Below, one piece after another: positions 10,480 to 18,504 of a stretch of DNA of 64,000 nt. Under the pieces are notes generated by a model. The model saw nothing but the letters and a program-made list of their open reading frames with translations, did not search any database and was not told the DNA's origin. Position numbers and translations under genes: made by a program. Source of the stretch: an uncultured Armatimonadetes bacterium (GTDB lineage Bacteria > Armatimonadota > Hebobacteria > Hebobacterales > Hebobacteraceae); the NCBI GenBank assembly GCA_963716175.1, contig OY970296.1, positions 2,880,001 to 2,944,000 of the forward strand, given 5' to 3'. Numbering within the stretch: the first letter of the stretch is position 1; each line of letters starts with the position of its first letter.

Positions 10480-10607
10480 CAGTTTCCCGACGACCATCTT
10501 GTGGTCTCTAATGAGACATGTCCCTATCGGCGTTAACAGCGCGCACGCTATCGTCGGTTTCGGGGGCCTCTCAGGTCAAGCGAGGGCGCTAACTTCGGCC
10601 AAACAGC
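10480..10607 (-). ncRNA. Candidate bridge/seek RNA in the 3' non-coding end of the IS
   Basis: Four short segments match the reconstructed target and the donor junction in the order LTG, RTG, LDG, RDG, with hairpin GTCTC-N4-GAGAC between the donor guides. RNA ends are approximate. Confidence 0.7.
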
Positions 10608-11660
10608 CTACGGGAGAGTGCCCCCATATTGGGCAACAGCTTTGCGGGCTCGGGGTGCCCTGTAATCCTCCTCTTTCTTGAGCATGTAGTAGACCAGATC
10701 CAGCAGGCGTCGCGCCACTGCGATCTTTGCTGGGTTGCGTCCGTGGCGGAAGGCGACCGAGAGGAAGAGGCGCTTCAGGCGCGGATCGGGCTCCTTCATC
10801 TGCCCGATCCGCTGCGCCGCTAGCACCGCGGCATACCGCAGCCACTTGTTGCCGGCCTTGGTGAGCGGGCCCCGAGCGTCCTTGTCTCCGGTCTGGTAGA
10901 CCGCCGGTACCAGCCCGGAGTAGCCCCGCAGCTGCGCCCGTCCCGGGAAGCGGTTGATGTCGCCGATCTCCACCGCCAAAGCAAGACTAAGGAAGGGACC
11001 GATCCCAGGGATCGTTCGCAGGCGCCGCGCCATCGGATGCTTCGCTGAGGTGTGCTCAACCATGCGCTCGAAGTCATCCACTTTGGCTTGCACAACAACC
11101 AGAATCTCTCGTAAGCCGGCCAGCATCTGCCCCGCGTGGCCTTCCAGCTCCACCTCCTCCAGCCACAGCTGTCCGCGTTCGCTCATCAGGTCTCGATGCG
11201 GACACTCATGACCGTGACGCGCCAACAGCATTCGGATCATCGTCCGCACCTGGGTCGACATACGAGTCAGCGCGGTCTTGCCTCGGGTCAGCTCTCTCAG
11301 ATCCATCGTCTGCCCATCCGGTCGCCACTGTGGCTTCAGTACGCCCTTTGCAGCCCACCACGCCAAGGCGGCCGCATCCCGCCGATCGGTCTTCGAAATC
11401 GTGTGCTGCAACCTTCGGACCTCTCCTAGGTCTACGATCCACACCTCCTCCGCCATCGACTCCAGCAGGCCCGCCATGTGGTAGCTGCTCCGTCCGGCTT
11501 CCAGCACCACCGTCTTCGGACAGGGCAGCCCCTCCAGCGTCTCCTCCAGGGCTGATGCCTCGTTGCTCACCGACCCCAGATCGTGTACCTCTCCGGTCGC
11601 AGGATCGAAGCACCCCATCCGAGAAAAGCGCTGGTGTACGTCCAGTCCAATCCAGATCAT
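10608..11660 (-). CDS. IS110 family transposase (bridge recombinase)
   Basis: DEDD domain IGLDVH, VLEAG, KTDRRDA; Transposase_20 domain LRTIPGIG...EIGDINRF...GLVPAVYQTG...GNKWLR; AGGAGG RBS before ATG 11660. Confidence 0.96.
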   Translation of the reverse strand: MIWIGLDVHQRFSRMGCFDPATGEVHDLGSVSNEASALEETLEGLPCPKTVVLEAGRSSYHMAGLLESMAEEVWIVDLGEVRRLQHTISKTDRRDAAALAWWAAKGVLKPQWRPDGQTMDLRELTRGKTALTRMSTQVRTMIRMLLARHGHECPHRDLMSERGQLWLEEVELEGHAGQMLAGLREILVVVQAKVDDFERMVEHTSAKHPMARRLRTIPGIGPFLSLALAVEIGDINRFPGRAQLRGYSGLVPAVYQTGDKDARGPLTKAGNKWLRYAAVLAAQRIGQMKEPDPRLKRLFLSVAFRHGRNPAKIAVARRLLDLVYYMLKKEEDYRAPRARKAVAQYGGTLP

Positions 11661-12075
11661 CGTCGGTCTCCTCCTGATGAGAGTGTTTGTGCTTCGAGCA
11701 CCTTTCAACACTTACAGGGGGAGACCGTCTTATGATAGTCAAGGGCCGCTGGAACCGTCTCATACTGGGCCCAGACGTGCCGTTACGTGCCAGGATTAGT
11801 GAGCCCGCCGCGGGTGGCGGCCTTCAGAGCGGCTTCCTCGCGGCGATGACGGCCTCTTCCAGATCCTGCCAGACTACATCAACCAGCTCGAAGCTACACT
11901 GGCGCCACTCAGCGATATGTAATCCGCTCGGACATACACCAGGCACCCACATGCAGGCTGCTGAACATGACCGCGGCAACGGACCTGCGGAGCCAAACGG
12001 CTGGCCCTGCGCGTTCCCCCGCGAAGCCACTCTAGTGGCTCATGCCTGCAGGATGAACCTGTTGGCGCTGTGGAG

Positions 12076-14448
12076 TCACTTCGGCGCAACCCTCTCATCT
12101 ACGCCCAGATGCGGCGTAATCAGAATCGTCAGGACATTTTCGTCCACCCGGCGGTGGTTGGAGCGGAAGAGCTGACCAAGTAGCGGAAGGTCGCCGAGCA
12201 ATGGCGTCTTGCTCGTCGCCTGCGTCTCCTGCCTGAGCACCAGCCCGCCAATGACGATGGTCTCGCCGTCCTTGAGCACGACGCTCGTCGTCGCCTGTCG
12301 TGCCGTGACATCCGGCAGGCTGCTCGTAGCCGTGAACGTGAAGTTGCCGACCATCACCTCCACATCCACTTGCACATTGCCCGCGCCCAGCACCCGCGGC
12401 GTGATCTTGCCTCCGATGTCCGCGGAGATGTCGCTCTGCTGAATGATGGGGCGGCCGAACTGGTCGTAGCCCTGCGTATAGAAGTAGTACTTCGTCCGCC
12501 GGATGTTCATGGTGGCGGTCTTGCCGCTCACCGCGGTCAGCCGCGGGTTGGCGCGAATGGTCACCTCGCCTTTCTCCTCCAGCGCGTTGAGCGAGACGAA
12601 GAACTTGTCATCTAGCCGCTGCACGCCCTGGTAGAAGACCTGGCCCGGCCCGAAGTCACCGATAGGTAACCGACCGCCCAGGTGCCCCTTGGCATAGGCC
12701 CAATCCAGGCCCAGGTCGCGGCTCGCCGTCTTGGACATCTCGGTCACTAGCACATCCATCACCACCTGCGGGGCCGGCGTGTCGATCGGCTTGAGGTAGT
12801 CTCGGATCCGCTGTGCGGCATCGGGTGGGCCGTTCACAATGAGGAGGTTCCGCTCGGGGTTGATGACCACATACGCCTTGTCTCCGGCGGGCAGCGAATC
12901 CAGCGCCTGCTGTGCGGTCATGTTCACCGGCTGGATCAGTGCGTAGCCCAGCGCAGCCGCCGTCGCAGCAGGAGCCGCCGGCCCGGCATTCAGAGCGGCG
13001 GCAGAGGCCGGAGGTGTCGGGGCGGGAGCCGCAGCCTCAGCTGAAGCCGATGACGCGGGCGCCGACGACCTGCTTTCCCCCGGCACCTCGAGCACGTAGA
13101 GGTCGGGCTCGTACTCCTGCTTCTCCCAACTGATGACCTTCGACTGGCACAGGAGAATACGCCTACCATCCGGCGCCCAAGACGCGGCATCATTATGCAA
13201 GTAGACAGGATCCTTCTGTCGGCGGTAGTAGAGCAGCTCCGTGGCCGTCCCCGTCGGCACGTCGTAGATCGCGAAGTCGTCGCCGGGGTCGGTCTCCTGC
13301 TCATTGCCCGCGCCCCGCACCACGTAGGTGATTCCGTGACGGAAGACCTTCTTGGAGTCCGGCGAAATCGTCCAGTCGTGCTGGTCGCTGTGCTCTCGCG
13401 ACCCCATCTGGGTGCCCATGATGCGCCGCCACTGGCGCGACTTCCAGTGGATGAGGAACGTGCCCTGATACCCGCGGCCGGAGGCATCTGCCTGTACGCC
13501 GTGGCAGATGATGAAGCTGCCGTCCGGCGACCAGGAGGGATGGACGAAAGTGCCCCGTCCATCGCTCGACTGGCTTCGGCCCGAGATGAGTGTCTGCTCA
13601 TCGCTGCCATCCGGCCGAATCACCAGAATGTCCCAGTTCCAGCCGTTGCGCGCTTCATCGGGGTACCGATCCTTGGCCGAGAAGAACACGATCCACTGCC
13701 CATCCGGCGACCACTTCGGCTCGCCGCAGTCGCGCCGGTCGTTTGTGATCTGCTTGAGCGTCATGCCATCGCTGCTGGCCACCCAGAGCTCGGGCTGCGC
13801 GTCCTTTGAGGGAAGTGCGTTGAACACGATCCGCGTGCTGTCCGGCGACCATGATCCCAACGTCTCGAACGGCTTCGTGGTGGCCAGGTTCGCTCCCAGT
13901 CGCACCGGGGCCGATCCGTCTATCGGGAAGACCGTGACGAAGGTGCCGTCGCGCTGCCGGTCATAGACCTGATAAGCCAAGTGCTGAGAGTCAGGAGCCC
14001 AGATCGGCGGCGCGCTGTCGGCCGCGCCGAAGTCGCCCCGACGATAGCCGCCGCTGGTTCTCTTTGTCTCTCCGCCAGCCAGGGTGTAGACGCACACCGT
14101 CGCCCCGCTGGCATCCTCGTTCTTGCTGGCGAAGACGTAGCCGATCCTCTTGCCATCGGGCGCCCAAGCGCACAGCATCGGCCAGCCCACTGGGCTGATG
14201 GCCTGGCCCTCACTTCCGTCTCCGCGCATGAGCCAAAGCTGGCGGTCGGTCTTGCTGACGGCCTTGTAGAAGACGATCTGGTCCCCGACCGGGGCGAAGC
14301 CAGCGCCACGCTCAGTGGAAGACTTGCCGTCATTCGTGGTCCGGTGGATAACCAGTCCCGGCGCCACTGTCTGTGCCGTGGCCGGTCCACACACGTGGAT
14401 GGAGAGCACCAGACACAGCAGGACAAGCTTCAGGGAATGCTTGAGCAT
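12076..14448 (-). CDS. TolB/PD40 beta-propeller fused to a secretin (GspD/PilQ-type) domain
   Basis: Signal peptide; about 7 W(S/A)PD(G/S)-type repeats; Ala/Pro linker; N3 domain NLLIVNG...IDTPAPQV; secretin core ANPRL, RQATTSVVLKDGETIVIGGL, PLLGDLPLLGQLF, ILITPH. Confidence 0.87.
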   Translation of the reverse strand: MLKHSLKLVLLCLVLSIHVCGPATAQTVAPGLVIHRTTNDGKSSTERGAGFAPVGDQIVFYKAVSKTDRQLWLMRGDGSEGQAISPVGWPMLCAWAPDGKRIGYVFASKNEDASGATVCVYTLAGGETKRTSGGYRRGDFGAADSAPPIWAPDSQHLAYQVYDRQRDGTFVTVFPIDGSAPVRLGANLATTKPFETLGSWSPDSTRIVFNALPSKDAQPELWVASSDGMTLKQITNDRRDCGEPKWSPDGQWIVFFSAKDRYPDEARNGWNWDILVIRPDGSDEQTLISGRSQSSDGRGTFVHPSWSPDGSFIICHGVQADASGRGYQGTFLIHWKSRQWRRIMGTQMGSREHSDQHDWTISPDSKKVFRHGITYVVRGAGNEQETDPGDDFAIYDVPTGTATELLYYRRQKDPVYLHNDAASWAPDGRRILLCQSKVISWEKQEYEPDLYVLEVPGESRSSAPASSASAEAAAPAPTPPASAAALNAGPAAPAATAAALGYALIQPVNMTAQQALDSLPAGDKAYVVINPERNLLIVNGPPDAAQRIRDYLKPIDTPAPQVVMDVLVTEMSKTASRDLGLDWAYAKGHLGGRLPIGDFGPGQVFYQGVQRLDDKFFVSLNALEEKGEVTIRANPRLTAVSGKTATMNIRRTKYYFYTQGYDQFGRPIIQQSDISADIGGKITPRVLGAGNVQVDVEVMVGNFTFTATSSLPDVTARQATTSVVLKDGETIVIGGLVLRQETQATSKTPLLGDLPLLGQLFRSNHRRVDENVLTILITPHLGVDERVAPK

Positions 14449-14629
14449 GCGATTTCCTTGTTCACGGGTTCGTCCGCGCCATCAAAGGAACGGTTGGTCG
14501 GCCACGCCGCTACAGCCATTCCCTCAGCACTGCTCTGACTTGGTCTGGCGATTCCCCGCTGCCAAGTACAATGCAATGCGGTGTACCGCTCAGGTCAAGC
14601 TGCGTGCTATGGACTTCCCTGCCAGCGAG

Positions 14630-14890
14630 GTCGACCAGACGATTCCGGGCGGACTCCACCAACAGGCGCGTGAGTTCCGGATCCGCTGGCCTGGCAGCCG
14701 CAGTGGCTTCGCCAAGCGCACTCGGGAGCTTCTGAGGCTCCTGAGCGGGAACGACCACTTCCTTGAGCTGCCCAGTGCCGAGATGAACACGTAGCTCGTA
14801 GCCGGCGGCCGGCTGACGGGCAGCCTCTACCTTCACCGGGCCGTCGAAGTGGCCGGTCAACGTGACCTGTCGGCCGATCAGTGTGCTGGC
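14630..14890 (-). pseudogene. N-terminal remnant of an SNF2/RapA-like helicase gene
   Basis: LIGRQVTLTGHFDGPVKVEAAR...YELRV...RLLVESARNRL resembles, from recall, the N-termini of SNF2-type helicases in defence loci. No helicase motifs follow. Confidence 0.5.
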
Positions 14891-15676
14891 GGCATCATCC
14901 ACGTCGCACACCCCTCATCGCGACTGGTTCTAGCTCTTGGGCGCGAAGGCGTCAACCCCTGGGAGAGCGGCACGGGCGGAGGCACCGTCTGGGCCTCGCC
15001 GTGGCCGCGACTCGCCTGTGCGTACGTTCGACGAGGGCAGGCATGGCGCCTGCTACTGAGGGTAGCGCCCGGGCGGGGCAGATGGGATTGGGAGGGGCGC
15101 CTCAGAATCGCCATTCACCGCGGCAGAGTCGCAGGAGCAAGGCCCATGCCCACCGCTCGCCAGCGGTGGGCACTATCCGTTCATCCTGCACCCACTTGCC
15201 CACCCTGCCCTCGGCCCCCCTCGCCGAGTCCCACAATGGGTTATACCTGGAAAGCGGCCGTCTCCTAGACTCGGGCGCGATCGCCCCACCCCTCCACCCC
15301 AGTACGGCCTCGAACCGTCCCTCTCAGCCCCACGTGTGGAGCCATTTTCGGGCGAATCCCGCCGTACCCGCCCTGGAGGCGCTTTCCCCCCTGGCGCCGG
15401 CGATCGGCAGCGTCTCACGGTCCCGTAGTATGCCAGAACTCATCCGTAGGCTCCAGAGACCGAGTCTCGGTTTCGGCCGTCTGTGAGACCGCTGCCCTGG
15501 GCCCATAGGTCGGATGCTGTGGCCACACGGACAGCACAGCCCAACCATCCGGAATGGCCCGGCCTCTGAAGACAGTGCCTCACGATCTCACAGACTCTAC
15601 GTAGTGACACGGAGTTGAGCGCTTGGTCGGAGGTGTCCGCTGTCCTCCGGGCGCGACAAGAAACTCTGGGAGAGTC

Positions 15677-15704
15677 TTGACGAGACCCCGTGACGTGACA
15701 CAAT
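15677..15704 (+). promoter_or_regulatory. Candidate sigma70 promoter
   Basis: TTGACG-N16-CACAAT with an extended TG, about 210 nt upstream of the GYD gene. Confidence 0.4.
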
Positions 15705-15831
15705 CGGGCCATCGCAGCAAGGCCCGCGGCCTGGTGGCAGCCCTGCTTGGAGCAGAGCGAAGGCCCTCGGTAGGGGGGAGGATGGGTAGCCGAGGGGCGG
15801 GCAAGAATAAGGCTGGCAGCGACCTGGAGGT

Positions 15832-15877
15832 GGCGCCTGCTTCGTCCGATCAGACGGAGGGGCGCCTTTGTCTTTTT
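15832..15877 (+). terminator. Intrinsic terminator-like hairpin upstream of the GYD-CBS genes (possible attenuator)
   Basis: GGCGCC.TG.CTTCGTC-loop-GACGGAG.G.GGCGCC followed by TTTGTCTTTTT. Confidence 0.65.
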
Positions 15878-15913
15878 GGGCCTGGCGGGAGAGCGAGAAA
15901 GGAGGGTGAACAG

Positions 15914-16171
15914 ATGACCTTTGTGACTTTGGCGAAAGCAGTGCCGGGAAGGGCGAAGGAGGCGACGGAGGGCCTCAAGGGGCTGTCCTCGCTGCCGGGA
16001 GGGGCCAAGGTGGTCAGCTGCTATGTGACCTTCGGGCGCTATGATGCGGTGTGCATCTGGGAGGCTCCGGACCTGGCCAGCGCCAATCGCGTGATGCGGG
16101 CCTTGGTGGAGAAAGGGCTGGTCACCACGGAGACCATGGTGGCCCAGTCTCCGGAGGAGTTCCTGAAGTAG
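15914..16171 (+). CDS. GYD domain protein
   Basis: 85 aa; YVTFGRYDAVCIWEAPD...TETMVA; GGAGG RBS. Confidence 0.85.
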   Translation: MTFVTLAKAVPGRAKEATEGLKGLSSLPGGAKVVSCYVTFGRYDAVCIWEAPDLASANRVMRALVEKGLVTTETMVAQSPEEFLK

Positions 16172-16181
16172 GGGATAGCTC

Positions 16182-16580
16182 GTGGTCACAGCCCGGGAGA
16201 TCATGACCAAGGAGGTGATGAGCACTCGGCCCCACTGCAGGGTGGCGGAGGTGATCCGGGTTCTCTACCACCACGGGATAAGCGGCCTGCCGGTACTGGA
16301 CGAGGAGAAGCACGTGATCGGGATGGTGACGGAGGCCGATATTCTGGACCTGAAGAGCGGGCAGGAGCTAGTCCAAGATATTATGTCGGCGCCGGTCTGC
16401 GCGGTATGCGAGGATATGCCGCTGGAGGAGATCGCGGCCCTGCTCAGGGAGAAGAAGATCAAGCGGGTGCCGGTGGTGAGGGAGGGCAAGCTGGTGGGGA
16501 TTGTCTCCCGGGCGGATGTGGTGAGAGCGCTGGCGATGGTGAAGTGGGGGGAGCATGGTGGGCGGGGAGATGTGGGATAG
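16182..16580 (+). CDS. CBS domain pair protein
   Basis: AREIMTKEV, ISGLPVLD...IGMVTEADIL, IKRVPVVREGKLVGIVSRADVV. Confidence 0.92.
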   Translation: MVTAREIMTKEVMSTRPHCRVAEVIRVLYHHGISGLPVLDEEKHVIGMVTEADILDLKSGQELVQDIMSAPVCAVCEDMPLEEIAALLREKKIKRVPVVREGKLVGIVSRADVVRALAMVKWGEHGGRGDVG

Positions 16581-16590
16581 GAGACGGGGG

Positions 16591-16703
16591 ATGGCGCCAC
16601 GGGCGAGAGACATCATGACCAAGGGGGTGCCTGTGCTCCGGGAAGGGAAGCTGGTGGGGTTGTCTCCCGGGCGGAGGTGGTGAGAGCGATTGCGGGCAGG
16701 TGA
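16591..16703 (+). pseudogene. Internally deleted, frameshifted tandem copy of the CBS gene
   Basis: ARDIMTKGV is joined directly to PVLREGKLVG/VSRAEVVRAI, matching both ends of 16182-16580. Confidence 0.8.
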
Positions 16704-16884
16704 CGTCCCCCTAGGCCTGCCCGGCCCAGGACCCTGCAGCCCATAGCAGTCGAGCCGCAGGGCCTGGCGGGGGCGGGGACTGGCAGAGGCAAGAAGAGTT
16801 GGGCCACAGCTTCTCGAGCAGGACAGGGGTTCCAGCTGTGGTTCGGTCCCCGCCCTCCCTTCCTGTGGCGGCACAAAGAGAGCG

Positions 16885-17193
16885 GTGACAAGGATGGTTA
16901 TCTGCAGCCGCTGCGGCAAGGCCCTTCCCAAAGTCCCCTGCTATCCTGGCGGGGCCGTTAAAGAGCGCGGCCAGTTCCAGTGCTGGCAGTGCTTCTTCGC
17001 GGGCAAGAACCTGACCCCGCCCAGGCCCTATGTCGCCTCTCCTTTCGCTCATTGCCTCGAGCGTGTTGGCGAGCTGGAGGCTTGGCTCTGGGTTGCGGCC
17101 TTGGAGACAGCGGGGGAGGAGCGAGAAGGGACAGTGGTGGCCGAGGCAGCCGGAGGGCCGCTGGAGAGAAGCCGCCAGAAAGTGGCGGCATGA
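16885..17193 (+). CDS. Hypothetical protein with two CxxC motifs
   Basis: CSRCG...CWQC; 102 aa; start may be ATG 16894. Confidence 0.45.
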   Translation: MTRMVICSRCGKALPKVPCYPGGAVKERGQFQCWQCFFAGKNLTPPRPYVASPFAHCLERVGELEAWLWVAALETAGEEREGTVVAEAAGGPLERSRQKVAA

Positions 17194-17375
17194 GCCCGGC
17201 CGGCAGGAACGGCTGTGTGTCACGGCCACGAGGCCGACCAAAGACCCAGAGAGCGACAGTTAGACCGGAGGGGCGGCCTCAACACGTCTCAGACGTAGGT
17301 GAGAAGTGCCAGACCCTGGCGTCGCAGGGGCAGAGGGCGCTTGATCGGAGCACTGCGATCCCGGGGAGGTGGGAG

Positions 17376-17912
17376 ATGCGGAAGCTGCGGTGGAGTCGGC
17401 TGGGTCCCGGGTTGGCGCTGGCCGCGGGTGGGGCGGAGCTGCTGTGGTATGCCTGGACAGTGGAACATGTCGGCTGGTGGTGGGTGGCCACCATCGCGCT
17501 GGTGTCCGGCCTGCTGCTGATTCGCGCTGGTATCTACGTTCCTGCTCGCCCCTCCAAGCGTCTGGGCGAACTGCTGCTGGAGAAGGGGTGGACCAGCGAG
17601 GGACAGCTGGGGGAGGCGCTGGCCCGGCAGCATCACACCAAGCAGCGGCTGGGGCAGATCCTGGTGGAGATGGGGGCGATCACCCGCTTCCAGCTGGTGG
17701 AGGCGCTGCAAGAGCAGGCCCGGTACCTGGACAAGCCCAAGCCCTCGCCCGGAGGTATCGGGATCTCATCGGCCCGCGATCTTGCGCGAGGTCGAGAAGC
17801 AGGGCTGGTGGGCCTGATCCCCAAGGTGCTGGCGTGGCTGGAGCAGGGGGAGGAACCCAAGGGCGTGCTCTACTGGCTGCTAGTAGTGCTGAGTGAGACA
17901 TTCTCAGTGTGA
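17376..17912 (+). CDS. Membrane protein with MshEN-type c-di-GMP-binding domain (N-terminal part of a split gene)
   Basis: Two TM segments, then tandem RLGELLLEKGWTSEGQLGEALARQ and RLGQILVEMGAITRFQLVEALQEQ; GGAGG RBS. Confidence 0.82.
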   Translation: MRKLRWSRLGPGLALAAGGAELLWYAWTVEHVGWWWVATIALVSGLLLIRAGIYVPARPSKRLGELLLEKGWTSEGQLGEALARQHHTKQRLGQILVEMGAITRFQLVEALQEQARYLDKPKPSPGGIGISSARDLARGREAGLVGLIPKVLAWLEQGEEPKGVLYWLLVVLSETFSV

Positions 17913-18402
17913 GTCAGTGGGCATCCGCTGGCAGGCGGGGGAGGGCTGCCCCTACTATGTCACCCGGGGCTTCAGCCCTGACTTCGTGCGGCAGGAGGGG
18001 TGGCTGTGCGACCGGGATGCGGGTGGGCAGATCCTGCGGCACCCAGACGGCCGGCCCTGCCTCGCTTGCCTGTGCGGGGCGGTGGTGGAGGGGAAGACGG
18101 ATCGGGTGCAGCCCTGCTTCACGGAGGGCGGCAGCTTCTGGACGAATGACATGACAGAGCTGTTGCGCAGCACGCCTCCCCGCGCCGCCGGGATCAGCAT
18201 GCGCAGCCACTGTCACCGGGAAGGCTATGAGTCGGTGGGGCTGGTGCCCCTGCGGGCCCAGGGGCAGAGCTACGGACTGCTGCAGTTGAACAGCCGAACC
18301 CCGGGGCGGTTCACGGCAGGCCAGATGGCTTTCTACGAGGCGCTGGCGGAAGAGGTGGCGGCCGGGGCGGCGGAACGGATCGGGCAGTTGCCGGCAGCGT
18401 GA
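17893..18402 (+). CDS. Cys-rich GAF domain (C-terminal part of the split gene)
   Basis: CESVGIR, PYYVTRGF, CLCG, FTEGGSFWTN, C..EGYESVGLVPLR, GLLQLN. Overlaps the previous ORF in a shifted frame and has no clear RBS. Confidence 0.75.
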   Translation: MRHSQCESVGIRWQAGEGCPYYVTRGFSPDFVRQEGWLCDRDAGGQILRHPDGRPCLACLCGAVVEGKTDRVQPCFTEGGSFWTNDMTELLRSTPPRAAGISMRSHCHREGYESVGLVPLRAQGQSYGLLQLNSRTPGRFTAGQMAFYEALAEEVAAGAAERIGQLPAA

Positions 18403-18504
18403 GGCGGGCGGAGAGGATCCGACTGAGCAGCGCGGTACGCTCTAGTGTTCAAGCTCCGGACTGTACCCCGGTCGCGCCAGGAGAAGGGCGGAGGGGGAAG
18501 GGCA

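Larger units (their letters stand above)
10446..11739 (-). mobile_element. IS110-family element, IS1111 subgroup, apparently complete (about 1.29 kb)
   Basis: Sub-terminal IRs ATAAGACGG at 10450-10458 and CCGTCTTAT at 11725-11733. Duplicated 2-bp core GT/AC at 10444-10445 and 11738-11739. The predicted circle junction puts the IRs 10 bp apart and forms TTGACG-N17-TATCAT. Confidence 0.85.

Noticed and set aside
10511-10517. ATGAGAC as a possible terminal IR pairing with 11757-11763
   Set aside because: Better explained as one arm of the hairpin inside the donor-binding loop.
10455-11783. Alternative IS ends defined by the 10-bp IR at 10455-10464 and 11774-11783
   Set aside because: Does not give a duplicated core, a junction promoter or guide matches; the ATAAGACGG pair gives all three.
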